DNA of 64,000 nucleotides from the human T2T-CHM13v2.0 reference genome, Homo sapiens (GCF_009914755.1 NC_060926.1), one strand, 5' to 3'; shown: positions 27,265 through 43,030, counted from the stretch's first letter. The notes: generated by a model from the letters alone, not told the origin. Numbers and translations are program-made.

Positions 27265-29630
27265 TAGGAAGTTTAATATTCAGGCACCTTCTCTGAAAGA
27301 ATTACTAAAGGATAGCCTACAGCAAAATGCAGTATGATCCAAGAGACTGTCGGGGAATTTTTTTTTAAGTGGTAAGAAAAGAGCAATATATACTTACATC
27401 TAAACAACTATCAAGCACAAGAAAAGACAATACTCTTGATGATCATTCCATATAATCTTAAATGAGAACTGGTGATGGCAGGGGAAATAAAAGTTAAGAT
27501 TCTTGTTTTATTCAGACAATACAGTAAACAATGAGGAATATAGATGAAATTAAATTGACACTGAGAGAGGAAATAAGTGTCAATGTATAAATTACAGTTT
27601 TAGGAATAATCACTAGAAAAAAATGTATAATTGAGATATATTGCTTTCAAACCATTCGAATAAAAATGAAAGCAGCAAAAAGAAGAAAATCCAACAGAAG
27701 GTAAGAAGTTGTTTGGTTTTTTTTTAATCAAAAAGGAGAAGAACCAGTAGCATTTTAGAGATAAAGTAACATGGCAAAAATAAATTCTAACAGATCAGTG
27801 ACCAGTACAATTTCTCTGTAAAGGTAGAAATTCTGAGAATGAGGGACACTCCTGAAATAAAATAATGCAAGAAGGCTAAAGCAAAACAAACCAAAAGGCA
27901 TCACAGGCAAACACTAACAAATAGATACCAGATCAATAATGTTAATTTCAGACAACAGAGTTCAAAGATAAAAGCATCAAAGGAGACAAATAAAAATATT
28001 TCTAATTTAAAAAAGGTAGAATCTATATAAAAATCATCTACCTTTAAGCAGCTAACAACTAATTCCAAAATATTTAATTTAAAAACTGATGATAGAAAGA
28101 CAAGAAACGGATGAGTCCATCTCACATGGATATTTTAACCCACTTCTTTCAGAAATCAACAGATTGAATATACCCAAAAAAGTAATAATTTAGAAGATTT
28201 TTAAAATATTACCAACAGAAATTATTTAATAGAGAACTTTGTATCCAGCAAGCAGAAAATACACATAAATTGCAAACACACAAAACCTGTCCAAAAATGG
28301 ATCACTATCAACTTCAAAGAAAACCTCGGCAGGTTTCTCAAAGCAGAAATCTCACAGGGCACCTTCACCAAACACAATTTCATAAAATATAAATTAATAG
28401 CAAAAGAAGAAACAAAAATCCAATTCATTTGAGAACTTTAAAACAACCTTTTAAAAAACAGTAAAACTCAAACAGGATTATAAACTATTTTAAAACAAAC
28501 ACAGGGCAATGCATATCAAAACCCATAAATTGCAGTCAGACAGATATTCTGAAAAAAACTTAGTCTTTAATGCAAATATTAGATAATTCTAAAAATGAAA
28601 ATAAATGCATAGAACATTCAACTCAAAAAGAAAAAAAACAAGGAAGTGTAGAATTAATAAATACAAAAACATAAATAAAGTTGAGGTAATAAAGTAGTAG
28701 AGTTGCTCAATAAAATAAAAAGTGCTTTTCTTGAAAACTAGATCAAAAACTAGATAAATAACTCTAAATAGGAGAGAGGAGTCAACAATGTATAATTTAG
28801 GAGTGCGTGTGGGTGTAGATACGGGTATGTAAGCCACTGAACGTGAAAGTGATGGGATCTCAGGTCAGTGGGAAATTAAAGTTTGGTAGGGCACAGTGGC
28901 TCATGCCAGTAATCCCAGCACTTTGGGAGGCTGAGGCAGTAGGATTGCTTGAGCACAGGGGTTTGAGACCAGCCTGGACAACATAGCAAGATCCCATCTC
29001 TACCAAAAAAAAAAAAAAAAAAACTAAGAAGAAGCCAGGCATGGTGATGCAAACCTGTAGTCCTAACTACTTGGGAGGCCGAGGCAGGAGGATAGCTTGA
29101 GCCCAGTAGTTCGAGGCTGCAGTGAGCTATGATCATGCCACTAAACCTCAGCCTGGTGACACAGTAACACCTTGTCTCTAAAGTTAAGAAATAAAAATAA
29201 AATTTGGGGATTCAATCCAGTATCTATGTGGGACAAAACAAAGTTTAGATTCCTACCTCACACCATACACACAAAAATGAATTTTAAGTGAATTAAAGAA
29301 CAAACATAAAATACACACTATAGAAGCATTACAAAAAAACTGTAAGATCACATTTTGGTAAATCTAGAGTAGAGTAGAAATGCAATGCAACAGCTATAAA
29401 GAAAAGGACTACATACATATCTCAATTATGTACAACAACAAAAATAGAGTTTGAAAACAACAGATTGGAACAAAAAAATTTGCAACACACATTGTCAATA
29501 AAGAATTAGTGTCCAAAATTTATAGGCAATTTCATAAGAAAACAGTAATAATCCTCTTTTTAAAATAGGAGGATGTGGATAGGCAATTTACACAAAGAGA
29601 AACCCGCACAAAGTAGCTAAGAGGATACCC
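27265..29630 (+). mobile_element. Highly decayed L1ME-type fragments
   Basis: A-rich strand; TTAGATTCCTACCTCACACCATACAC; GCATATCAAAACCCAT. Confidence 0.7.
28885..29200 (+). mobile_element. AluJ
   Basis: GGATTGCTTGAGC and GAGGCTGCAGTGAGCTATGATC diagnostics. Confidence 0.95.
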
Positions 29631-30371
29631 AACCTTGCTAGTCCCTGCACTAAGGGCTACCACCTCCAACTGGCTGTGGGGAAGAAAGACGGAAGAGGCA
29701 ATCACAAAGTCTTGGACTTGAACTCTTTTAGGAGAATTGCAAAACAGTGATGAAGGAAAAGAACTTCAGTGGGCTAAAAGGAGGCATTATCCAAAGATAT
29801 CTACCACCAAAATCTGAATCTTGACTTAAAGGTCCTCTATGATTTACCAGAAGTTGTGCCTCAAAATTTCTGGAACTTTGAGAGAAGCACAAATTCTTTT
29901 ATGTTTCCATCTGCACCAAAAACAAGATCACACATTGTTTTCCTTTTTGGATCACACATTCCGAAGCCAATCTTAGGTATACTCTTCAAAACTCACCCAC
30001 ATGTCAATCAGGCACAAGGCTTTTTTCTGGCAAAAAGCACCCAGGTCTTCTTCCCAGGCATGCAACATAAAACCTAGTCAATGTCTTAGAAACTACAAAC
30101 CCAGGCTTACCCACAAAAACACCACCCCTGGGGGCCCAAGCCAGCAGAGCCCTGGTGGAGAGCTCTCAACCATGTGATGCATTAAAAGCTAAGCTAAGGG
30201 GCAGAATTACCAGCTAACAATCAAGAGAACATCAGGGGATATGGACCAGGACGGGGGATGACATGATAGTTATATTGGTATTCACAGCAAGTCATGTGGC
30301 ACCCGAGGGCATGACAGCCTGCCTTAGAGACGAGCACTCACCTTCATGAATTACCACATTTAACCATCCTA

Positions 30372-30830
30372 TTGTTTTAATTGTGATAAAATACATGTAA
30401 CCCAATAGTTCACCATCTGAACTATTTTTAAGTGTACTGTTCAGTGGCATGAAGTACATTCACATTATTGTGTAACAATCACCACCATCTATGATGGGTT
30501 TCATCATCCCATTTGAAACTCCATACCCATTAAACATTGGCTCCCTACTCCCCTCTCCCTGCCTGCCCCTGGCAACCACCATTCTACTTTCTGTCTCTAT
30601 GAATTTGACAACTCTAGATACCACAAATAAGTGGAAGCATATAGTATCTGTCTTTTTGTGACTGGCTTATCTCACTCAGCATAATATCCTCAAGGTTCAT
30701 CCATGCTGTTGCATATGTCAAAGTGTCTTTTCTTTTTAAAGCTTAATTGTTTTCCATTTTATGGACATACCACATTGTTTATCCATTTATCCATCTATGG
30801 ACACTTGTGTTGCTTCCACCTTCTGGCTAT
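30372..30830 (-). mobile_element. L1MB-like 3' end
   Basis: CCCTGGCAACCACCATTCTACTTTCTGTCTCTATGAATTTGAC. Confidence 0.9.
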
Positions 30831-30984
30831 TAAGAAACCATCCTATTTCCCATGGCATTCAGAAGATTCCACAGCCTTCTAGTAATTCATTGCAAAGCCT
30901 TGCAGTAAGCTTTGTTTTTCCCAAGTTAGTCTCATGTCTAACCTAAGTCCTCTGTGTTGTCGTAAGGCCGTCTATTCCTTGTGT

Positions 30985-31180
30985 TCACTGAAGGCTCTGC
31001 CTGGCTCTACCACTTACCAGTTGAGGGCCTTGAGCAGCAGCCTTCGCCCTCCACCTTTCTGCACCTTAGTTCTGTCATTGGTAAAAGGGAAAATCCTCGC
31101 AGAGCTTTGGGTAATCCTAAGAGAGCTAATGCACATACAGCACCTGACCCTGGGCCTGACACATAGTAGGGGTGCAATAT
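30985..31180 (+). mobile_element. MIR
   Basis: CCTGGCTCTACCACTTACCAG...CCTGACACATAGTAGG. Confidence 0.65.
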
Positions 31181-31299
31181 TGGTATCACACTGAAAGAAG
31201 CATGATTTGTAGATTTTTTAAAAGTTGTCAATCTTCTGTACTCAATCTAAGTTCTTTGAACTCTTTCAGATGCCATGTTTTCTAGTCAAGCCCGCAGGG

Positions 31300-31330
31300 G
31301 TGTGTGTGTGTGTGTGTGTGCATGTGTGTA
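31300..31330. repeat. (TG)n microsatellite
   Basis: Seen directly. Confidence 0.95.
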
Positions 31331-31687
31331 CATGGACACATGTGTGTTGCCACTGAGCCACTTTCACACAGATGCCAGCTGAGGCATCCATTCTCCCTTC
31401 CTTCCACAGGCTGGCTCAGAGCTGAGATGCAGGGCCATGCTGTCAGAGCCAGTCAGTCTGAGGGCACAGATTAGCATAATTTCAGCCACCTCGAGGATCC
31501 ACATCTCTCCACATCTCACCACCTAAACATCCAGAAACTCCCTCTCGGCTAGTGCTGAAGGAAGAGAACTTCAGTCAGCCTCTCCCCTCTCTTCCTCTTC
31601 GCCTTTGGGGCAAGTCTTTCCTCGAGATGAGGGAGCTCTCAACCCCAAGGCCAATGCATTCTGAATGAGGATGATGATTGTGATGGT

Positions 31688-32449
31688 ATGGTAGGAAGAA
31701 TAGCTGCCCTACAAAGATATCTGCCTAATAATTCCTAGAACCTGAGTATAAAGATATTACGGGTTCCAGAATAATAGGTTACTGGTTATGTGACAAAAAG
31801 GAATAAGGTTGCAGAAGGAATTAAGGTTGTTAATCAGCTGACAGAGTGATTACTCTGGATTACCTAGTGGGCCCAACTGAATCACCTGAGCTATTAAAAA
31901 CAAAAGAGGGATCAGGCATGGTGGCTCCTGCCTGTAATCCCAGGGCCAAGGGAGGCCAAGGCAGAAGAATTCCTTGAGGCCAGGAGTTCAAGGCCAGCCT
32001 AGGCAACCCCATAGTAAGACCCCACCTCTACAATAAAAATAAAAAATAAAAAAAAGATAGAGCAGCAGAAGAGTTGGTCAGAGATGTAATGAGAAGGGCT
32101 CAACCCACCATTGTTGGCTTTGAAGATGGGGGAAGGAAGCCACAAGCCAAGAAATGTGATGGCCTCCAGAAGCTGGGAATGGCCCTCAGTCTACAGCGAG
32201 CAAGAAAATGGAGAATTCAGTCCTACAACCACACGGAACTGAGTTCTGCAAATAACCCAGATAAACAAGGAAAGAGATTCTCCCCTAGAGTCTCCAGAAA
32301 GAAACATAGGTCTGTCAACACCTTGATTTTCACATAGTGAGATCCATGTTGTACTTCTGACCTCCAGAATGGTAAGATGGTAGATCTGTGTTGTTTTATG
32401 TCACAGAGTTTGTGATGATTTGTTACTGCAACAATAGAAAGTAATACCT
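31688..32449 (+). mobile_element. MaLR LTR, MLT1E-like, with a FLAM-type Alu monomer at ~31910-32050
   Basis: TTGCAGAAGGAATTAAGGTTGTTAATCAGCTGA...TTTGTTACTGCAACAATAGAAAGTAATAC. Confidence 0.85.
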
Positions 32450-32576
32450 ATGGTCATAATGCATGCATTGCATCAGGCCTTTGCTGAAAGCTTTACATGC
32501 CTGGTCTTGTTCAATCTTCACTACAGTCCTGTTAGGTAACTATTGCTGTCGTCACCTCCATTATATGGAAGGGGAG

Positions 32577-32706
32577 TGTATTCATTTGCTAGGGCTGTCA
32601 TAGCAAACGACTGCAGACCTTGTCTCCAAGTACAGCTACATTCTGAGGTACTGGGGGTTAAGACTTCAACATATGGATTTGGGAGGATACAATTCAGCCC
32701 ATAACA
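32577..32706 (-). mobile_element. Internally deleted MLT1A-type LTR (130 bp) inside a MIR
   Basis: Both termini present (TGTATTCATTTGCTAGGGCTG and CAATTCAGCCCATAACA); TSD GGGAG/GGGAT. Confidence 0.8.
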
Positions 32707-33719
32707 GGGATACAGTGTCATAGAGAAGCTGTGTCTCTTTTGCAAGTTCATACAGCCACAGTCCCTAAATGGAAAGTAGGGATTGGATCCCAAATTGGTT
32801 GGACCCCAGAGGTTGTCCATTAGCTACTATGCAATGATGCCTCCCCAGGTCCCCAGTCCCAGTACAGAGCCTCTGAATAACTCCTAGTCCCCTGAAGAAC
32901 ACACAGGCGTGCATGCACACACACACATTAGTAACATCCTGACCATCTTTTCCTACTCCATTTCCCTGCTGATCCAGGTGCCTTTTCACAGGAATGTCTG
33001 CTTGTGTTGTTTGATTATAAAGTCACTCATAATTTTTGGTTGTCTAGGTTCTTGTAACACTTGACATAAACTAGAAAAGCAAGTTTCCAAGTTCAGCAGC
33101 TACTCCAACAGGAAAAAACATCATGTGGAAGGTTGGTGTGCTGCTTAAGAAAGGGTGAGAACCAAAGTTCACACCCCTGCCACTCCCTACCATAGAAAAT
33201 CAAACCCATAGGCGCCAACAAAATTAATCATCTTAAGAATCCTTGTGTTAAAAGTCAAGGAAATCAGATATAAATCTAGAATAAAAGACTGGTTAATAAA
33301 GGGAGAAAAAAAAAAACGAATCCTCAACAGGTAATGTGGTTTCTTTTACTATCTGATGAAGGTCAAGATGATGTTATAAAAATAGTGAATTCACACTAAG
33401 GAGGCACAATATCTGACATTTGTCACCAATTCTCAGAATTCTAACATGGAACAACAATCATCATAATAAACTGTGGTTTTGTGGACTGTGACCTATTGAA
33501 TTACTAGAGGGGTTTCACCCAATGTTAACCCCTCAATGACTTTTTTTTTTTTTTGTATCTGATGTTATTGTCTCCATTTGCAAAGGGCAGTTATGACAGA
33601 GCAATTGTGACCCAGGGTGAGCACCCATGTGTCATCCCTGGCAGATTTCTGCCTTCTCATAGGACTTTGCTGAGGTCTCCAAAGGAAACTTCTCTTTTTA
33701 TTTAAAAGAAGTAAATCTG

Positions 33720-34089
<370 letters not shown>

Positions 34090-35238
34090 TCAGCAAATAA
34101 CTGACTGGGAAAGAGTTCCTTAAAGAGTACAACAGTGTTTTCCAGGAAGCCCACATCTGCAACCTCAGCTGGGAACCATAAGGCATCAGAAGAGGCAGCA
34201 TTCCCACTTTACATTCTTCCTATGATTCCTGAAGTAGAGAGAGAAATCAGGATTTGACTTGTTGCTCAAACACCACTAAGCCAAGAAAAAAGGAGGAAAT
34301 TGATCTTGACTATTTACCATGTCTCAGAGGCTGCGGAAGCAACAACCATGAACATGTATTGAGTTAGAAACTCTGCTACGGCTATTATGAGCATCATCTC
34401 ATTTGATATTTCTCACAGGGATGTCGTAAGTCCCTAATATGCAGAAAGAGAAGCAGAGACCAAGACAGGTTTCTGTTCTAAGGTATCTCTGTTAGTGGAC
34501 AATGAAGTCCAGATTTGAAGGTGGCAGCCAGGAGCTTTCACATATGCCTGCTGCTGTAATTGTTACAGATGAGGAATCTTTGTCACTGATTTACCAAAAA
34601 GTCCACCCAAGGTCACCCAACTGGAAAGCTGGAGTTGAGGCTGGAAACCACACTGTCTTTTCCCCAAATAAAGAAGGTTCAAGGAAGGTGGATTGGGTAT
34701 CAGAAAAATCTTTTATCAAAAGGATATCCAACTTGAAAAGTTTGGTAGCAATGGTAGCCATGGATTTACCCTGTGGCGGGCTGAGTAGGTGGGGCAGTCA
34801 AGGCCTTACAAGTTTTCAAGGGACTGGACCAAGGAAAATTCAAGAAGGCAAAAGAGGAACTGCTGCTGCTGCTGCTGAGAGCTGCAGATAAGAGGCTGAG
34901 TGAGCTCTGCTGTGTGAGCTGACAAGAGCCCAAGCACACCCCAAATCACACCTGCCCACAATGCCCTCCCAAATGAGTAAGTCTTCCTCTTGCATGGGAA
35001 CCTAATTGCCTTGTGAGTATGAGGAGCCTGGTATCCAGAACCAGGAATGCAGAGGATGGGGGTGAGCAGGGGAAAGCGGAAGCACAGCCAGAAGAGGGAA
35101 GCTGAGCCAAGCACCTTCCTCCTTCTAATTTTCTCTTCCCACAGGTGAATAACTTGCACTGAAGGAAAAGTTTCTGAGCAGTTCTGGTTTCACGCTTTTT
35201 TAAAACAATCTCTTTCCCATCATTAAGTATAAACTTCA

Positions 35239-35538
<300 letters not shown>

Positions 35539-36246
35539 TCATCTGGAGGAGGAAAAAATGTTTCCACTTGATAGGAAGAAGACTGTGCCATTAGAAGTAG
35601 AACTTCCAATGGAGGAACCCCCTTCATGATTCAATGAGAGCCTGCCATGGGTCAGATGTTACACCAGACACTGGGTAGACACATAGACAGGAAGAAGGCA
35701 GCAGACAAAAAGATGGATATGCAGGTGCGAAGCAAAGCAAAGGTGGTGACACAGAGCTAGAGGGAGCACAGGAAATGTCTGATTTGGGGTAGAACAGAGC
35801 AACCCTCATCATCTTCTTACTCCTGCACTGAAGTGAGGCACCCACAGAGAAAAAATTATGAGTTAGGCAAGTCTGTTTTGCCTGGAAGCCCTGGGACAGG
35901 CTGAGAAGCCACCAAAGGGGGCTGGCTTCAGTGCACAGAGATACTTTGTTTCAGATGTTGCACAGACTAGTAGAGCCAAAGGAGAACCTAAAGATGTTCC
36001 ACACCAGTACTATCCTGTTACAGGTGAATAAATAACCTGAAGAAAGTGGCCCCAAGAGAGTTTCAGGGATGTGTTCAACAAAATGAAATGATTGCCAGAT
36101 CAAAACTGAGGCCCACATATCTTTAATTTGGCCTAATCATTAATTTGGGCTGCTTCATTCATTTATTCCCTCATTGAAAAGATTACTGAAATATTTATTT
36201 GTAACATTTACAGAGTACAAATGATATGCTGAGAATTAGGCTTGTT

Positions 36247-37162
36247 TTATATTTTTATCTGTATAACAAAGAGACCTAAATTTCATATGGAAATGAACTT
36301 CATTACTGCTATTTCAAATTTATAAATAATCAAAAGTGTTGCAATTTTTTTGTCACTTGGTATTTCCCCGCTTTGATCTCAATATAACTACCTACTGCCA
36401 AAAGGATCCAAGAGAATACATGTGAAACATAGACAGCACCTTCTGCAGCGTACTATAATAAAATCAGAGAAAACTAAAGACAAAAGAAAATATTAAAAGT
36501 AGCTAGAGGGAGGAAAACATATTTTCTTCAAAGGAGCAACAGTGAGACTTACGGTTAACTTTCCAGTAGGAACAATGGAATGGTTTTTCTTTAAGGCTGA
36601 AAGAAAATAGCTCACAACATAGGAAAACATTGTATATTGGGTAAATGTAGTTAAATATTGGTTGTACAAAACAATAATGATGATGGCTTACAGAAACTAA
36701 AATATATTTAGAATTAAAATTCATGATTACTATAAGAGCATAAAGGCATGAGGGGGTAAATAAAGTTAAAGTGTTCTAAGGTTATAACATTGACTGAGAA
36801 ATGGTAAAAATATTCATTTGTATTTGGATGTAATTGCCCAAGGTTTAAAAAACTAATGAGTTAATGCAAAGTGAATATCAAGTGATAAAAATACTTTATT
36901 AATACAAAAAGAGGCAGGAAGAGAGAGAAAAAGAAATGTAAAACAGATTATATGAACAGGAAAATAAGACATATGTCTGTGTTTCACATGTATTCTCTTG
37001 GATCCTTTTGGCAGTAGGTAGTTATATTGAGATCAAAGCAGGGAAATACCAAGTGACAAAAATATTGCAACACTTTTGATGATTTGTACATTTGAAATAG
37101 CAATAATGAAGTTCATTTCCATATGAACCCTAGGTTCTTTTGTTATAGAGATAAAAATATAA
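36247..37162. repeat. Long inverted repeat: 189-bp arms (36247-36435 and 36974-37162), 538-bp spacer
   Basis: Reverse complement of the right arm aligns at about 92%, with a perfect 60-bp core (36370-36429). Confidence 0.95.
36440..36973 (+). mobile_element. Decayed L1M ORF1/inter-ORF fragment (spacer of the inverted repeat)
   Basis: AAAACTAAAGACAAAAGAAAATATTAAAAGTAGCTAGAG...CTTCAAAGGAGCAACAGTGAGACT. Confidence 0.75.
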
Positions 37163-37175
37163 CAGAATTTATCTA

Positions 37176-37523
<348 letters not shown>

Positions 37524-40500
37524 TTATATAGGAGATAAATAAGTCAAAATACTGAGAAGACATCAGCAAAAACAGAAGAGTAATGAATTCCAAAAATTTC
37601 CCCTCCATAAAAGCAATAAAAAATGGGTAAAAATTCTCAAAATCAACTTTTTCCAGAAGTCTGAAAATTAACCAAAAGCTCCCAGCAACCCAGGGAGAAT
37701 TTAATCAAGAAAAATTGCTGAATCTCATAATGAAAAGCAAGCCTTGTGGCAATTGAACATACTCTAGTCTCATCCTTTACTTCCCAGCTCTGTGGCAACC
37801 TTGAAAATTAACAGCCACATTCCCAGTGCCTGAGAGAGTATTATGGGTCTAGAGTACTTTAAAAGGCTTAATCCCAACAAAAAGCTATTAATTGGCCTAT
37901 TTGGTGTTTCCCTGGCATATACTGGAAAGGTGTCACTCTAACTTTCTTCTCTTCAGAGGCCTTTGTTGAATATTTTTTAATTACAGCTACCTGAGGTAAT
38001 AGATAATAGTTGGACCAAACAATAGGCTAACCAAAAAACTTAAAAGGAAAAGCTGAGAAGTGAGATGTCTATATGGGCTTTGAAAAGCTCCCACACAGTC
38101 CTGGGAATCTACAAGGAGTGTGTGTGTGCTCAGGAAAATACCTGAGAAAGCTCTTATCTCTCACTTCTAACTGACCTTGAGTCTCTCCAAGCAAGAAGTG
38201 AAGGCTAAGGCATAGTGGTCAACTACCTGGCTGACCGTTAAGCAGCGTCCCGACACCCACAGAGAAATGCTCAGCAGAAACACAAAGACTGGAGACTTAC
38301 TGGTTACTCATTTAAAGAAATCTTTGTCAAGTTATTAGCCAGCCACCATGTAAAGCAAGTAGAGACTTCAGTGGCCACATACTACAAAGCACACACTTTA
38401 ACTAATCAGTTCATAAAAATCACTAAACAAACAACAACTAAGACAAGAAGCTACAACAACAAAACTAAAGAAAACATTATTTCCAGAGTTGCCACACTGT
38501 ATCATTTGAAATGTCCAATTTTCAAAACAAAAAAAAAGGGGTGGGGAGAGATGTTCAAAGACACAAAAAAAAGAATAACTGGTAGGAAGAAAAAACAGAA
38601 ATTAATAGAAACTGTCCATGTGGAAACCCAGGCATTGGAATTACTAGACAATCAGCTATTTTAAATCAGCTATCCTCACTTAAAAATGAAAATAGCTATG
38701 TTTAAAGAACTAAAGGAAAGCATAAAAACAATGCCTTAACAAATAGATAGTATCAATAAAGAGATTATTTTATTATTAATTATTAAAAGAAATTAAATAG
38801 AAACACTGGAGTTGAAAAGTACCATAACTGAAATGAAAAATGATTACAAGAAATAAAGAGCAAAATGAGCAGGCAGAAAAAAAGAATCTGCAAATTTGAA
38901 GGTATGTCAATTGAGATAATCCAGTATGAGGAACAGAAAGAAAAAAGAATAGAGAAAAATGAACAGAGTGCAGTGACTTCTGGGATACCGTCAAGCATAC
39001 TATCAAATGTACAGTGGGTACCCCAGAAGGAGAAGATAAAGAGAATGTGTAAAAACAATATTTAAACAAACAGGCCAAAGACCTCCCAAATTTTATGAAA
39101 AATTTTAATCTACACATATGAGAAGCTACAAGAACTACAAATAAGATAAACTCAAATATACCCCAACCAAGATGTAAGATAATGACATGGTTGAAAGCTC
39201 AAGACAGAGAGAAATCTTAAAAGCAGCAACAGAGAAGTGACTCGTCATATATAAAGATTTGCCAATAAGATTAATAGCTAATTTATCATCGGAAACCATG
39301 GAGGCTCAAAGGCAGTGAGATTACATATTCAAAGAGCTGAAAGAAAAAATTGGCAACTAAGAATTCTATATCTAGCAAAACTATCCTTTAAAAAAGAAGA
39401 AATTAAGATATCCAACATAAACCAAAACTGACAGGGCTTGTCCTTAGCTCATCTGCTTTATAAGAAATATTAAATGGAGTTCCACAGGCTGAAATGAAAT
39501 TAAAGTAGCTTGAGTCCACAAGCAGAAATAAAGAGCACTGGCAAAGGTAAATACATAGATAAATGTAAAAGAGAGTATAATTGAATGTTTGCATATAATT
39601 CCTTTTTTTTATCTGATTTGAGAAACAACTGCATAATGCAATAATTGTAAATTTAAGTTGATGGACATACAATGTATAAAGATGTAATTTGTGGCAATAA
39701 GAGCACAAAGAAGCAAATGAGACTATACAGGAGCAAAGGTTTTGTATACCATCGAAATTGAGTAGGTATTAATCTAATTGTTATAAATTAGATTGTTATA
39801 AATTAAGATGTTAATGTTAATCCCCAGGACAACCACTAAGAAAATTACATAGATATATATATGTGGGTGTGTATATATATAATTATACTTATATATAATT
39901 ATGTATATTATATATTTATACATATATATTATATATGTGTATATATACACACACATATATATACAAACATTTTATATATAAATAAATATGTATTTATTTA
40001 TATTTGTGGGACTCCCACTATGCATTTGTAAACGCACATGTATATATGTTTACTAGAAACACACACACATATTAAAAGAAATTACAAGTGTATTAAATTG
40101 GTACTCTAGAAAATATTTAACAAAAAGGGAATGCAGCAATGGAGAAACTGAGGGGTAAAAATACATAAGACATATAGAAAACAAATAGCAAAAATGGCAA
40201 ACCTAAATACTACCTTATTAGTAATTATATTATGTATAAATGGGTTAATCTCTCCTATTAGGTTGAGATTGGAAGAATTGTTTTCTCAATGAGCCAAATA
40301 TATGTTGAATACAAGATACATTCTTTAAAGACACAAATAGGTTGAAAATAAAAGAATGGAAAAAGATACACCATGCAAACAGTAACCCAAGGAAAGCTGA
40401 GTGGCTATACTAATATTTTTAAAATAATCTTTACGAAAACAATTGTTGTTACTGTAGTGATAGAACATTTAGAAAGATAAAAGCGTCAATCAACCAAGAA

Positions 40501-40876
40501 GATATAACAATTATACACGTATATGCATCTAACAATATACCCATAAAATACATGAAGCAAGAAATGATTGAGTTGAAAGGAGAAATAGACAATTCAATAA
40601 TAATAGAAAGTTCAATACTCCACTTTCTTTTTTTTTTCCAATCACCATAAGATTCAAGATCCAACAATAGCTTACAATGAGGTAGAACTATGTATATTTC
40701 AACCTGAATCTATATATATTTCAACCTGAATTTTTAAAAATCCAGTTTCAATAATGTATAGAACAACCAGACAGAAGATCTTCAAAGAAATATAAGACAT
40801 TAACAACAGTATAAGCAAACTAGTCTTATGTCTATAAAGCACTCCATGCATTCAATAGCTAAAGAATACTCCCTTC

Positions 40877-41248
<372 letters not shown>

Positions 41249-42150
41249 TCAATATACAAAAATTAATTCAAAATATATCAACAACCTGAATACAATAAAC
41301 TATAAAACTAGACAAAAACATAGGTGTAAGTCTTCATAATATTGGATTAAGCAATGGCTTATTGACTATGACACTGAAAACACAAGCAACTGAAGAAAAA
41401 ATAAATTAATCAGAATTTATTAAAATTAAAAACTTTTGTGTGTTGAAGTACACTATCAAGAAAATGAAAAAACAATGCACATAGTAGGGAAAAATTATAT
41501 ATCTAATAATAGTCTATTATTTAGAATATATAAAGAACACTTATATAGCTAAAAAGACAAGTTACACAATTTAAAAGTGAAAAAAATGATTTGAATAAAA
41601 CTGTTTCCAAAGAAGATATACAAATGCCAATAAGCACAAGCACATGAAAAAATGTTCAACATCATCAGAGATATGCAAATCAAAACCACAATGAGACACC
41701 ACTTTACAACCTTTAAAATGGCTTTTATTTTAAAAAAAAATGCTAAGGAAGATAATCATTGGTGAAGCTGTGGAGAGTTGGAACCCTCATACATTTCTGG
41801 TGGGAATGTAAAGAGCTCCAGCTACTATAAAAGCAGTTTGGCAGTTTCTCAAAAAGCTAAACATTAAATTACCATATGATCCAGCAATTCAATCCTAGGT
41901 ATAAATCAAAAGGAATTAAAAACAGAAACTTGAACAGATATTTTTATGTCAATGTTCATTGCAGCATTATTCACAATAGCCAAAATTTACAAACAACTTA
42001 ATTGCTCATTAACAGACAAATGAGAGAATAAAATAAGTTGTACACATACAATGGAATATTATTAAGCCACAAAAAGGAATGAAGTTTTAATACATGCTAC
42101 AACATGGGTGAACACTGAAGACATGATACCAAGTTTAAAAAACAGAAACA

Positions 42151-42455
<305 letters not shown>

Positions 42456-42872
42456 AAACAGGAACAAAAGGACAAATAATAGGCAAATTTATAGAGACAG
42501 AAGATAAATTAGAGGTTATTGATGGGATTGGGGGAGGAAAAATGGGAAGTTATCACCCAATGGTTACAGAATTTGTTAGGAATCATGAAAAAGTTCTGGA
42601 AATAGAAGTGATGATGGTGCAACATTGAGAATGTTATTTTTGCTTTAAAATGTTTAAAATGGTAAACTATGTTATACATATCTTACAATTTTTAAAAATT
42701 AATAATGCAATATATCAAAACTATTGAGTTATACACTTTAAACAGGTGAATTGTATGGTATGTGAATTATATCTCAATAGAGATGTTAAATTTTTTTAAT
42801 TACAAAAGTACAAAATTTTACAGAGAGCCATAAAACATAACTGAGAAAAATTAAATGAGGCATAAATATTTG

Positions 42873-42901
42873 AAACTGCAGTTACTTTTGCACCAACCTA
42901 A
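42873..42901 (-). mobile_element. Solo Hsmar1/MADE1 mariner terminal inverted repeat
   Basis: Reverse complement TTAGGTTGGTGCAAAAGTAACTGCAGTTT vs TIR TTAGGTTGGTGCAAAAGTAATTGCGGTTT; flanked by TA. Confidence 0.85.
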
Positions 42902-43020
42902 TACATGGAAGGATGAACTATGTTCATGGATCAGAAGATTTTGTGATTCTGTATTGTAAAAGTATTGATTCTCCCCTAATCATCTATAACTGCAATGCCA
43001 TTCTAATCAAAATCTCAGCA

Positions 43021-43030
43021 TGGTGGTGGT

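Noticed and set aside
30336-30344. Consensus minus-strand splice donor AAG|GTGAGT (and CAG|GTAAGG near 25887)
   Set aside because: No matching acceptor or coding frame found; isolated donors are expected by chance in 64 kb
36247-37162. Inverted repeat as TIRs of a novel DNA transposon or MITE
   Set aside because: The outer ends decay with no TSD, the spacer is L1 that appears to continue beyond the right arm, and the right arm sits inside the Alu's TSD
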